Source: Verrucomicrobiota bacterium (GTDB lineage: Bacteria; Verrucomicrobiota; Kiritimatiellia; CAJWTS01). Taken from it: DNA of 64,000 nucleotides. Below are positions 1 through 9,997 of this stretch, piece after piece. Both the position numbers and the translations under genes were made by a program. Where the stretch lies: assembly GCA_027623315.1 (NCBI GenBank), contig JAQBYD010000014.1:375-64374 (forward strand), given 5' to 3'. Numbering within the stretch: the first letter of the stretch is position 1; each line of letters starts with the position of its first letter. The notes under the pieces are model-generated. The model searched no databases. It was not told the DNA's origin and saw only the letters and a list, made by a program, of their open reading frames with translations.

Positions 1-295
1 GCCAGCAGAACACGGATCAGTTCGATATCCGCAGCCGTCACCTCGCGACCTTGCACAACCATGACCTCTGTCATGGCGCCAAGAATACGGCAACCGGCCC
101 AACCGAGTTCAGCCCGAAAAACAACTTGTTTCGCTTGCGCTTCGGGGGGGGTAGACTACGCTCTATTCTGATGGAGTTGACTGGGACTAGTTCCTACACG
201 GTTCCGCATGCGGCGGGCGGAAACGTGAGCAAAGAGACGCCGTGAACGGTTACTGAATTTCGTCCGGTGCCGTCGAAAAGGCGACATGGCGCACC

Positions 296-2467
296 ATGGC
301 ATCCGGAATTCAATTCACAGGTGTGAAACCAATGAACCGACAGATGATGCCCAGAGTGAGACATTCGATCCTTTCGCTGCTCTTGTTCGGCGCCGGGCTC
401 CCCGTAGCAGACGCGGCAAACCCGGTGCGGACCGCGCATGTCGAAGCGGCACTCATCTCTGAGGTCGCCGCCATACAGCCCGGGACTCCGTTTCGCGTGG
501 CCCTGCGACTCAAGATAGATCCGCAATGGCACACCTACTGGGTCAATCCCGGTGACGCCGGATTGCCGACAAGACTTAACTGGGACCTCCCCGATGGATT
601 CACGGCAAGCCCCATACAGTGGCCGTATCCCCATCGTCTTCCGGTTCCGCCGTTGATGAACTTCGGATACGAAGGGGATGTCTGGCACCTCATCACCCTG
701 ACGCCCCCGGCCGGACTGGAACCTGGAGACGATGTGACGTTGAGAGGCAAAGCGTCGTGGCTCGTCTGCAAGGAGATCTGCATTCCAGAATCGGCCGAAT
801 TGGAACTGGTCCTGCCCGTCTCGGAAACGCCTGCGCCAAACGTCGCGTCGGTCGCATCCGGATTTGCCGCCGCCGATGTGTTGCTGCCCGCAGAGCCGGG
901 GGAGTGGACGTTCGCCGCTCACATTGACGGATCCGGGGTCGTGATTACGGCGTTACCGAAAGCTGCGCAGTACGATCCGGGCAACGTTCAATTCTTTCCC
1001 TATGCCAAAGACTTCATCTCCTACAACGCCCCGCAGCGCTGGAGTCGCGACGATAGCGGCTACCGGCTTTCCTTACAGCGGGACGTCAGTGCGAATGCAG
1101 ATGTCGAGGCCCTGGCCGGCGTCCTGGTGGCGGATCGCGCATGGACCGCGGGCGGATCGCACAGAGCGATTGAGCTCGATATTCCGCTATCAAGCGCCGC
1201 GCCGCTGTCCGCAGCGGATTCGGGTCCGGATCCGGTCGCGGCGTCCCGCGGCGGAAGCGGAGACCGCGAGGCCGCCGGGATTCTGTTTACCGTGGTTCTC
1301 GGATTCGTCGGCGGGTTGATCCTTAACCTGATGCCGTGCGTGTTTCCGGTGGTGGGCATCAAGATCATGAGTTTCGTCAGCCAGGCCGGTGAAGAACGGG
1401 CACGCGTGAGACTTCACGGGTTCGTCTACACCTTTGGCGTTCTGGTCTCGTTCTGGATCCTGTCCGGAATGCTGATCGCCATACGCGCGGGTGGCGCGGA
1501 ACTGGGTTGGGGATTTCAGCTGCAGTCTCCCATGTTCGTCTTCGTCCTGACGGTCCTGTTGCTCGCGTTCGCGTTGAACCTGAGTGGTGTCTTTGAGGTC
1601 GGTCTCAGCGTGACCAACGTGGGACAGAAAGCGGCGTCCAAGTCCGGGTTGGCGGGGTCGTTCATGTCCGGCGTGTTTGCGACCGTCGTATCCACGCCGT
1701 GTGCGGCGCCGTTCCTCGCACCTGCGCTCGGCGCGGCGATGGCCTTTCAGCCGGCGCAGTCGTTGCTCGTCTTCACGAGCATAGGGTTGGGGCTCTCGAC
1801 TCCATATCTTTTGCTGTCGTTCTTCCCCGCATGGATCGATCGCTTGCCTCGCCCCGGCGCGTGGATGGAATCGTTCAAGCAGGCAATGGCGTTTCTTCTG
1901 TACGCCACCGTGGTCTACCTGGTGTGGGTGCTCGCGGGGCAGCTTGAAGACCGCCGCTTCCTGCACGTGCTCTTCGCGCTCGTCGGGGTAGGGCTCGCCG
2001 CCTGGATCTACGGACGGTGGAGCGGGTTCGAGCGGCCGGCACGCACACGCGCAATCGCGCGAATCGTGGCGGCACTCCTCCTGGCCTGGGCGTTCTGGGT
2101 CGGACACAACGCACGCAGCGGGTCCGGCCTCACCTGGGAGAAGTGGTCGCCGGATCGCGTTGCCGAGTTGGTTGCCGAGGGCCGCATCGTCTACGTTGAT
2201 TTCACGGCGCGATGGTGTGCCACCTGCCAGGCAAACAAGGAAGCGGTCTTTACGTCGCGCCGCGTGCTCGACCAGTTCGAGAAGTTGGATGTGGTCGCGC
2301 TCAAAGCGGATTGGACGAATGTGGATCCGGAGATCACGCGCGCACTCGAAGCGTTCGGTCGGTCGGCCGTTCCGTTTAACCTGCTCTATAAGCCAGGGCG
2401 CGATGCGCCCATCGAGTTGCCGGAACTTCTGACGCCCGGAGTTGTGATTGATGCGTTGTCGAACTGA
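296..2467 (+). CDS. dsbD: Thiol:disulfide interchange protein DsbD (N-terminal DsbD-alpha domain, polytopic membrane core, C-terminal thioredoxin domain)
   Basis: 723-aa ORF: signal peptide, multi-TM central region, C-terminal thioredoxin fold with WCATCQ CxxC motif. Confidence 0.85.
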   Translation: MASGIQFTGVKPMNRQMMPRVRHSILSLLLFGAGLPVADAANPVRTAHVEAALISEVAAIQPGTPFRVALRLKIDPQWHTYWVNPGDAGLPTRLNWDLPDGFTASPIQWPYPHRLPVPPLMNFGYEGDVWHLITLTPPAGLEPGDDVTLRGKASWLVCKEICIPESAELELVLPVSETPAPNVASVASGFAAADVLLPAEPGEWTFAAHIDGSGVVITALPKAAQYDPGNVQFFPYAKDFISYNAPQRWSRDDSGYRLSLQRDVSANADVEALAGVLVADRAWTAGGSHRAIELDIPLSSAAPLSAADSGPDPVAASRGGSGDREAAGILFTVVLGFVGGLILNLMPCVFPVVGIKIMSFVSQAGEERARVRLHGFVYTFGVLVSFWILSGMLIAIRAGGAELGWGFQLQSPMFVFVLTVLLLAFALNLSGVFEVGLSVTNVGQKAASKSGLAGSFMSGVFATVVSTPCAAPFLAPALGAAMAFQPAQSLLVFTSIGLGLSTPYLLLSFFPAWIDRLPRPGAWMESFKQAMAFLLYATVVYLVWVLAGQLEDRRFLHVLFALVGVGLAAWIYGRWSGFERPARTRAIARIVAALLLAWAFWVGHNARSGSGLTWEKWSPDRVAELVAEGRIVYVDFTARWCATCQANKEAVFTSRRVLDQFEKLDVVALKADWTNVDPEITRALEAFGRSAVPFNLLYKPGRDAPIELPELLTPGVVIDALSN

Positions 2468-2557
2468 AGTTTTGCAGCCAGGAATTCGGACCCTCCTTCG
2501 CGCGGCGCGTCGGACTGGACGGAGTCTCGGTAGAGCCTTGTCGCGGAGGACGGATTC

Positions 2558-3843
2558 TTGAACTTCGTTGGCCTCGCTGGATTCTGCTTCCTCATCGTCG
2601 CGAACGGCTTCTTTGTCGCCGCGGAATTTGCACTGGTCAAACTTCGCGCCGTAGATCTCGAGTCGGGGGAGGGCACGGATTCAAAGTCGGCGGACACGCT
2701 TCGGCACATGCTCAAGAATCTCAACGCTTACTTGTCGGGCTGTCAGCTCGGCATCACGCTTGCCAGCCTGGGCCTGGGCTGGATCGGTGAGCCCGTCGTC
2801 GCAAAACTGCTCGAGCGGCCGCTGGTTGGCCTTGGGCTGTCCGGTACGGTGATCCATGTGGTCGCGTTCGCGATAAGCTTCTTTGCGATCACGTTCTTCC
2901 ACCTGACGGTTGGCGAGCAGGCGCCGAAGATCTGGGCGATCCAGAGGGCGCGATCGACAGCCCTGGCGGTGGCTATGCCGCTGGCGTGGTTCTACCGGGC
3001 CTTCAGGCCATTTATCTGGCTTATCAATAAGTCGAGCAACGCCATGCTCCGCGCGGTTGGCATGACCACCGTCTCGGAGCACGAGCAGGAGGTGACGGAG
3101 GACGAGGTGCGCGTGCTCATGGCGCAATCGGCGGCCGTCGGACATCTCACGAGCCGTGAGGTCTCGATGCTCGAGAACGTTCTCGATCTTGAAAGCAAGG
3201 TGGCGCGCAGCTTCATGGTCCCACGCCATGAGGTAGTTTACCTGGACGTGGAGGCCGGCTCGAGGAGTGTCTCGCGACGGCGGCGGACTGCGGACACACG
3301 CGCCTGCCCGTATGCCGGGGAGGCATGGACCACGTCGAAGGGGTTCTGCATGTCAAAGACGCGTTCAGGGCCCAGGCGTCTGGGGTAAAGCTGGAGGCGG
3401 TTGAGGCGATCATGCGAAACGCCGCGTTCGTGCACGGGACCACGACGCTTGACCAGCTCCTGGGGCAAATGCTGAGATCCAGAACGCACATGGCCATCAT
3501 CGTGGATGATTTTGGATCGGCGGCCGGTATCATTACTCTCGATAACGTGCTGGAACAACTGGTCGGCCCTATCCAGGACGAGTTTGATAACGAGTCGCCC
3601 ATGGTGCGTCGTATCGGTCCTAAGCGATTCGAGGTGATCGGCATCTGCCCGGTGCAGGAGTTTGAGAAGGAATCCGGATTATCGCTTGGAGCGACGGACT
3701 CCGACACGGTGGGTGGAGCCGTGATCGCTCTTCTGGGTCACATCCCGCTGCAGGGCGAAGTCGCGCAAGTCGGGGACGCCACGATCACGGTGCTGGAGGC
3801 CGAAGCCACGCGAGTTGGACGTGTACGAGTCGATGCACGCTGA
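2558..3843 (+). pseudogene. HlyC/CorC (CNNM, DUF21-CBS-CorC_HlyC) family transporter, interrupted by a frameshift near 3255-3270
   Basis: ORF 2558..3388 (frame 2) encodes DUF21 membrane domain plus first CBS and then becomes nonsense. The frame-1 reading from ~3241 gives a CorC-like continuation LEECLATAADCGHTRLPVCRGGMDHVEGVLHVKD, which runs into ORF 3325..3843 (second CBS plus CorC_HlyC). Confidence 0.65.
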
Positions 3844-6529
3844 GGCCCGCTTTGTCCCGGGGCAGCGCTGGGTAAGTGCATCCGAACCGGAATTGGGTCT
3901 CGGGACCGTGCTGCAGACGTCGTCGCATCAGGCGGTCATCGTCTTCCCGGCATCGGGAGAGCTGCGCAGTTACGCGGTTTCGCATGCACCGCTCACGCGA
4001 GTCCAGTATGCCGTCGGCGATCGTGTCGGTGATGGCGCCGACGTGGGCTTCGTCGTCGAGACCGTAGCGGACGAGGACGGCCTGCTCACCTATTTCGGCG
4101 AGGGCCAGGAGCTTCCCGAGGGCGCCCTGGACGATCACATGGTCTTCAATCGTCCGCAGGATCGTCTGCTCAGCCGGCATCCGGATCGCGTCGACGCGTT
4201 CGAGCGACGTCAGCGCACGTGGGATCACCTTTGCCGGTACCGCTCTTCCCCGTTGCGTGGACTGCTTGGTGGGAGGATCTCGCTGATTCCGCATCAACTC
4301 TATGTCGTTGAATCGGTGGTCCAGCGCATGACCCCGCGCGTTTTGCTCTCCGATGAGATCGGGATGGGCAAGACGATCGAAGCATGTCTGATTCTGCATC
4401 GAAAACTCATGCTTGGTCGCATCAACCGGGCCTTGATCCTGGTGCCCACCGCGCTGGTGTATCAATGGTTTGTGGAGCTGCTGCGACGCTTCTCCCTGCT
4501 GCCGGCCATTTTCGATGAGGAGCGTTGTGAAGCGATCGAGACCAACCCGGAGTCCGGCAATCCGTTTCTGGAGGATCACCTGGTCCTGTGCGATATCAAT
4601 TGGTTGGCCGGGAGTGAACAGAGAGCGAAGCAGGCCGTGGATGCCGGATGGGATCTCCTGATTGTGGATGAGGCGCACCACCTCGAGTGGGAGGATGGGC
4701 GTGCAGGCCCATCGTATTCCCTGGTCGATCGCCTGGCGGCGAGCACGCACGGGGTGCTGCTGCTGACGGCGACGCCTGAGGAGCTCGGAGGCCCCGGGCA
4801 CTTCGCCAGGCTGCGACTGCTCGATCCCGATCGCTATACGTCGCTGGAGGACTTCGATAGGGAGAATCTCGAGTATGCGCCGCTTGTGCCGCTGGCCGAA
4901 ACGCTCGAGACGAATGGCCGTCTGTCGGATGCCCAGGGTCAACAACTCGCCGGGCTCGGGCTCGATCCCGGGGCGGCGCCCGAACGTCTGCTCGATGAGT
5001 TGATTGATTGTTACGGTCCCGGCCGCGTCATCTTTCGCAACACGCGGCGGATCATCAAGGGATTCCCTGAACGCACGGTGCACATGGTCGCCCTTGAAAA
5101 CGCGGACGATGCACTGCAGCGGTGGCTGATCGGATTGCTCCAGGAACTCCCCTCGGAGAAGTTCCTGGCGATTGTACACACGCGTGAGGAGGCCGAGGCT
5201 TTTTGCCAGGAGATCAAGGCCGGCAGTGGGGTTGCGGTGAGTCTCTTTCACGAGGGGATGACGTTGCTCCAGCGCGACCAGCAGGCGGCCTGGTTCGCCG
5301 AGCCCGACGGCGCCGGCCTTCTGATCGCCTCGGAGATCGGCGGGGAAGGGCGCAACTTTCAGTTTGCACATCACCTCGTGCTGCTGGATGTCCCTGCAAA
5401 CCCGGAACTCATTGAACAGCGCATAGGGCGCCTCGACCGCATCGGTCAGTCGCAGCGAATCCATATCCACGTGCCCTATCGCACGGGTACCGCTGAGGAG
5501 ATTCGCGCGCGCTGGATGCATGAGGTCCTCGATGCGCTGCGGCATCCGTTGCCCGGAGCCCATGAGATCTATATCCGGTTTCGTGCGGAGCTGACAGCCC
5601 TCGAGCGTACCCCCGGGTCCGGTGATTGGACCGCTTTCATGCAGGACGCGCGGGTGCAAGTGCGCGAGATCTCCGAACGGGTATCGGGGGGCCGCGATCG
5701 ACTGCTCGAACTGCACTCATACAGGGCGGAGCAGGCCCAACATTGGGCGGATGCGATTGCAGTCGAGGATGCGGATCCGACGCTGGAGGCCTACCTGCTC
5801 GAGATTTTCGAGGCGTATGGCGTATACCCGGAGCAAATCGACAGGCGTCGTTGGCTCCTGAAGCCGGATGCCGTCTTCTCGCACCTTTTCCCCGGCTTTC
5901 CGCGCGATGGCATGATGATCACGTTTGACCGGCAGTTGGCCCTCGAGCGTGAAGACATCGGTTTCGTGTCGTGGGATCATCCCCTTGTACACGGCGCGAT
6001 GGAAAAGGTTGTCGCATCAGCGGATGGGAATGCCGCTGTCGTGAGCTGGGATCGTGACATCGCCACTCCATTTCTATTCGCCGCGACGTTTATTCTCGAA
6101 GCATCGGGCTCAGATGCAGAGGCGTCGCGCTGTCTACCCGCCACCCCGATTCAACTGGTCCTGGACGACTCCTGCGGGATATGGGACGGCGAGCAGCCTG
6201 TCCTGACCGATCTCAGGGACGCGCCGTCATTAAGTGACCGCGAACTCGACTTGGTGCGCCTCAGATTGCCTGACCTGGTGGCGGCGGCCGAGATCGTTGC
6301 CGGCGAGCGGGCCTCCGGGTATCGAAGTGATGCCGGCCTGCGGCTTCAGGATGCCAAAGCCACTGAGTTACGTCGATTGCGGGCGTTGCAAAAGCGGAAT
6401 GACACGATCAGCGATCGCGAATTGCAGGACCGCGAAGACCAATTCGACGCGGCGGTGAACGAAGTACTCACGGCCGCGTTGCGGTTTGATTCCGTCTGTT
6501 GGATCTGGTGCCGCCCGAGAAAGGCCTGA
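3815..6529 (+). CDS. rapA: RNA polymerase-associated SNF2-family ATPase RapA (HepA)
   Basis: N-terminus GQRWVSASEPELGLGTVL and LTYFGEG match the RapA N-terminal domain; SNF2 motifs LLSDEIGMGKTIEA, LLIVDEAHHLEW, LLLTATPEELG; ~900 aa colinear with E. coli RapA. True start may be M7 (3833). Confidence 0.85.
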   Translation: MDVYESMHAEARFVPGQRWVSASEPELGLGTVLQTSSHQAVIVFPASGELRSYAVSHAPLTRVQYAVGDRVGDGADVGFVVETVADEDGLLTYFGEGQELPEGALDDHMVFNRPQDRLLSRHPDRVDAFERRQRTWDHLCRYRSSPLRGLLGGRISLIPHQLYVVESVVQRMTPRVLLSDEIGMGKTIEACLILHRKLMLGRINRALILVPTALVYQWFVELLRRFSLLPAIFDEERCEAIETNPESGNPFLEDHLVLCDINWLAGSEQRAKQAVDAGWDLLIVDEAHHLEWEDGRAGPSYSLVDRLAASTHGVLLLTATPEELGGPGHFARLRLLDPDRYTSLEDFDRENLEYAPLVPLAETLETNGRLSDAQGQQLAGLGLDPGAAPERLLDELIDCYGPGRVIFRNTRRIIKGFPERTVHMVALENADDALQRWLIGLLQELPSEKFLAIVHTREEAEAFCQEIKAGSGVAVSLFHEGMTLLQRDQQAAWFAEPDGAGLLIASEIGGEGRNFQFAHHLVLLDVPANPELIEQRIGRLDRIGQSQRIHIHVPYRTGTAEEIRARWMHEVLDALRHPLPGAHEIYIRFRAELTALERTPGSGDWTAFMQDARVQVREISERVSGGRDRLLELHSYRAEQAQHWADAIAVEDADPTLEAYLLEIFEAYGVYPEQIDRRRWLLKPDAVFSHLFPGFPRDGMMITFDRQLALEREDIGFVSWDHPLVHGAMEKVVASADGNAAVVSWDRDIATPFLFAATFILEASGSDAEASRCLPATPIQLVLDDSCGIWDGEQPVLTDLRDAPSLSDRELDLVRLRLPDLVAAAEIVAGERASGYRSDAGLRLQDAKATELRRLRALQKRNDTISDRELQDREDQFDAAVNEVLTAALRFDSVCWIWCRPRKA

Positions 6530-6700
6530 TCCGGAGTATGGATCCGTCGCAAGTGCCGCAGCATGGGCTCTGAGCACTCCCTTGAGCAGCGTTACGTAGA
6601 AAATCGTCCTGCCAGTAATCGTCCTGCCAAAGAGACTGATTCGTTGGCGGGCGCTTGTCCCGCGAAGGCTCGGATGTCCTGCAGTAGTAGTACGAAGCGC

Positions 6701-9700
6701 TCACGCCAAGAGTAACTCGATATCCGCGCGCGTGAGGGATCGGATGAGGCTGTTGTTGGCAGTGATGATGGAGTCGGCAAGTTTCTTCTTCTTCTGCTGA
6801 AGCTCGAGAATTCGCTCTTCGACGGTGTCGCGGGCGACAATCCGATATGCGAAGACACGACGGGTCTGCCCGATACGGTGCGACCGGTCGACCGCCTGGG
6901 CTTCGACGGCGGGGTTCCACCACGGATCGAGGAGGACCACGTAGTCGGCGGCGGTCAGGTTGAGTCCGAGTCCACCCGCTTTGAGGCTGATGAGGAAGAC
7001 CTTGCAGGACGGATCGGTCTGAAACCGCGCGACGACCTCCTCGCGCTTCCGGGTGTGTCCGTCGAGATAAGCGTATGTGACGCCGGTCTTATCGAGCTGC
7101 GCGCGTACAATCGCGAGCAGGCTCGTGAACTGCGAGAAGACCAGGATCTTGTGATCTTCGTCGACCACGTCTTGGATCTGCCCCAGAAGCACGTCCAGCT
7201 TGGCGCTGCTCTGGACTCTCTTCGATTTGTCGAGCAAGCCGGGGTGGCATGCTGCCTGACGCAGACGAAGCAGCGCTTCAAGCACCATGATTTTCGACTT
7301 CGCGATCCCGTCTCCATCCACCTTGGCCAGGAGTGCCTGGCGATAGTGATCACGCAACTCGTCATACTGCTTGCGTTGAGCAGGGAGTAGATCACAATAG
7401 ATGGTCTCTTCCATCTTCTCGGGCAACTCCTTGAGGACCTGGGATTTGGTCCGCCGCAAGACAAACGGTCGCAGGGCTCGGGAAAGTATGCCAACGCTCT
7501 CCTCATCGCCATTCTGGGCCGCACTCAGGCCCCGCTTGAAAGCCGATGCCGTGCCCAGCATCCCGGGATTCAGAAACTCGAACAGGCTCCACAGCTCTCC
7601 CAAATGGTTTTCGATTGGCGTGCCGCTCAGCGCCAGACGATATCGTGCCTTGAGCAGTCTCGCCGCCTTGGCCGTGGAGGTTGCGGCATTCTTGATGGCC
7701 TGCGCCTCGTCAAGGATGACGTAGTCGAATTCGAGTTCCTTCAGTTTTAGAATATCGCTCCTCAACGTGCCGTAAGTCGTGAGCACCAGATCATAGTCGC
7801 CGAATCCTTCGAGATTCGCCGAGCGGCCGATCCCGGTGTGGTCGAGCACTTGCAAGCGAGGCGCAAAGCGTTCGGCCTCCTGCTTCCAGTTGAAAATAAG
7901 CGAACGCGGCACGACCGCGAGCGAAGGCCGTTTTTTGGGCTCGCCTTTTCCGGTGGCCCCGGCGCGACGGGACTCGAGCAGAGCCAGCGCCTGAATCGTT
8001 TTGCCAAGTCCCATATCATCGGCCAGGCAACCGCCAAAACCGAAACGTTGCAGAAAGTTCAGCCATCCCAATCCCTCGCATTGATAGTCCCTCAGTTTTC
8101 CTTTGAATCCCCTTGGGGCCTTGGCCGGCTTCACGGACGTAAACGTGTTCAGTTCCTTGCAGACACGTGTGAATCCGTCGTCGAAAGTCGTGGAAGATTC
8201 TGCCGCGAGAAGCGCATCCAACATCGCCGCCTGCGTTCGGGAAAAGCGAACGGCGTCGTCGCCGATCTCTCCTAGAGTCTCCAGGAACCCGTATCGTCGG
8301 AGCCAATCGGAGGGCAAAATGCCGATAGTGCCATCATCGAGAACGACGGAGCGTGCGTCCTTCTTCAGCGCCTTGAGCAGTTCGGGAAGTGATGCGGTGG
8401 CGTCACCAAATTCAGCGCCGCCACTGACATCAAACCAGTCCACACCGCTTGTCACGCTGAGCGTGATAGCCCCGGCGGGACGATAGCGCTGTCCCTCGGC
8501 CTCCACGTGCCAACCCTTTTCAACAAGAGTCACCGCAGCGTCGAGAAACCGTTTCGCAGGGATTTCGAAGTCGCACGGCTCGGTATACGCAGAGCCGTAA
8601 TAGGCCCGTGTGTTGCGGAAACGCACGTCCTTCAGGAGTCGCGCCGCGGTTTGTTCGGCGGCATGATCCCGATCAATCACAAGGCGCTGCTCGGGATCGA
8701 ATATGCCGAGAGAATCGGAAGAGAACGGAACGCAACTACCGTCGTAGTCGAAGGTGAGGACGGCCCCAAGGTAGGATCCGTCGGTGCGCTGTTTGGGAGC
8801 GAAGACGCTCAGTTTTGGCGTCGGCGCGACGCTTACACGCCGGAACTGTAATTCCTCCGGCAGTGCGATGGGAGGCATTCGCCGGAAGGAGATTACGTCG
8901 CGCAGCCATTCATTAGCTTCACTGAAAGGCACCACGAGTTGTTTGTCCCGTCGCAGCAGGGGTATCCATTCGAACGCTCCAGAGTCATCCACGCGGGCGA
9001 GACGGTTCTGGTAGAACATCCAGCCTCCGGCGATCAACATGTCAGGCTCTCTGAGCTCCATGCCCTCGGAGTTGCGGGACAAGTAACCGCTAACGGCATA
9101 GTGCTTCTTCTTTGCGTCCTTGCTAACCTGAAGACGAAACTGCCAGGCGCCGTCCTCGTCCAGGGCAATCGGCACGGCTTCATCCATGTCGCCGAAATCG
9201 GCGGCGAGGTACAGGCGGCTCGTGCGGGCCAGGTCCGGCAAGAGGATCTCCTGCAGCGTTTTGGATAGTTGATAGGTTCCGTCTGACATTGTGGGATGAT
9301 AGTAGTAGCTGTCGGACATGGATCCGCCTTCGAGCAGCGTCAGGTAGCGGCGATCCTCCGGATCCGCGACATCCTCGATGGCGTGCGAATGGAAGCTCAC
9401 GGGTTTCAGCTTCGTCCATCCGCCGCTCTTTTTGGGACGGGTCTTCAAAACCCGCAAGATGGTTCCACGCCCGCGCAGTGTTTCAGAGCAGTCCACCATG
9501 TAGCGATACTCCGTCGCGAGTGGCTCGTCCGAGGAATCACGGCGTGCGGTTGCGCTCTGGATTTCGTGCATCGCGGACTTCCATCGGGGGAGTCGATCCT
9601 GCCCCGTACGTCGATTCCGGGGATCGATCGGCCTCGGATAATCAGCATCGACGTACTCCTCCCCATCATAGAACTCCATATCGTCGAGTCGCCGAACCGC

Positions 9701-9997
9701 ACCGGATTCATCTGGAGTCGACAACAGGCTGCAGGACTCTGCTTGAAGAATTGTGGCCCAGATATGCTTACAGGGACCGCGATCGGTGAAATAGGGACAG
9801 GTACAGGACCAATCGATAAGGGAGTCCGCGCCCGATGAAAATAAGGTCACGCGGTAGTCGTCCGAACCGCGCACCACGGCCGTCAGGACGTCGTCCGCGA
9901 TTTCGAGATCGCCCACGCGATCCTGTTTAAAGTAGCGCAGGCCTCGCTCGCGTATGGTCGAGGAAAAAGCCTCGCTGAAGATGCTGGACAGGCTCAT
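6701..9997 (-). CDS. SNF2-family helicase with N-terminal SWIM zinc finger and ~550-aa uncharacterised N-terminal region
   Basis: SWIM CxCxnCxH motif WSCTCPYFTDRGPCKHIW near the N-terminus; SNF2_N motifs LADDMGLGKTIQALAL, YVILDEAQAIKN, LALSGTPIEN; helicase-C HRIGQTRRV; start overlaps the recQ stop (9994..9997). Confidence 0.8.
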   Translation of the reverse strand: MSLSSIFSEAFSSTIRERGLRYFKQDRVGDLEIADDVLTAVVRGSDDYRVTLFSSGADSLIDWSCTCPYFTDRGPCKHIWATILQAESCSLLSTPDESGAVRRLDDMEFYDGEEYVDADYPRPIDPRNRRTGQDRLPRWKSAMHEIQSATARRDSSDEPLATEYRYMVDCSETLRGRGTILRVLKTRPKKSGGWTKLKPVSFHSHAIEDVADPEDRRYLTLLEGGSMSDSYYYHPTMSDGTYQLSKTLQEILLPDLARTSRLYLAADFGDMDEAVPIALDEDGAWQFRLQVSKDAKKKHYAVSGYLSRNSEGMELREPDMLIAGGWMFYQNRLARVDDSGAFEWIPLLRRDKQLVVPFSEANEWLRDVISFRRMPPIALPEELQFRRVSVAPTPKLSVFAPKQRTDGSYLGAVLTFDYDGSCVPFSSDSLGIFDPEQRLVIDRDHAAEQTAARLLKDVRFRNTRAYYGSAYTEPCDFEIPAKRFLDAAVTLVEKGWHVEAEGQRYRPAGAITLSVTSGVDWFDVSGGAEFGDATASLPELLKALKKDARSVVLDDGTIGILPSDWLRRYGFLETLGEIGDDAVRFSRTQAAMLDALLAAESSTTFDDGFTRVCKELNTFTSVKPAKAPRGFKGKLRDYQCEGLGWLNFLQRFGFGGCLADDMGLGKTIQALALLESRRAGATGKGEPKKRPSLAVVPRSLIFNWKQEAERFAPRLQVLDHTGIGRSANLEGFGDYDLVLTTYGTLRSDILKLKELEFDYVILDEAQAIKNAATSTAKAARLLKARYRLALSGTPIENHLGELWSLFEFLNPGMLGTASAFKRGLSAAQNGDEESVGILSRALRPFVLRRTKSQVLKELPEKMEETIYCDLLPAQRKQYDELRDHYRQALLAKVDGDGIAKSKIMVLEALLRLRQAACHPGLLDKSKRVQSSAKLDVLLGQIQDVVDEDHKILVFSQFTSLLAIVRAQLDKTGVTYAYLDGHTRKREEVVARFQTDPSCKVFLISLKAGGLGLNLTAADYVVLLDPWWNPAVEAQAVDRSHRIGQTRRVFAYRIVARDTVEERILELQQKKKKLADSIITANNSLIRSLTRADIELLLA

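Noticed and set aside
51-922. ORFs 51..245 (+) and 194..922 (-) at the window start
   Set aside because: No recognisable motifs; 194..922 overlaps the dsbD 5' region antisense; treated as non-coding or promoter region of dsbD.
3785-5716. 643-aa minus-strand ORF antisense to rapA. Similar long antisense ORFs occur at 15691..16947 (-), 21613..23022 (+), 23313..24566 (+), 33872..34729 (+), 42879..44717 (+), 20593..21237 (+) and 1190..2107 (-).
   Set aside because: High-GC shadow ORFs: low-complexity R/G/P-rich translations, no domain signatures, and each fully overlaps a well-supported gene on the opposite strand.
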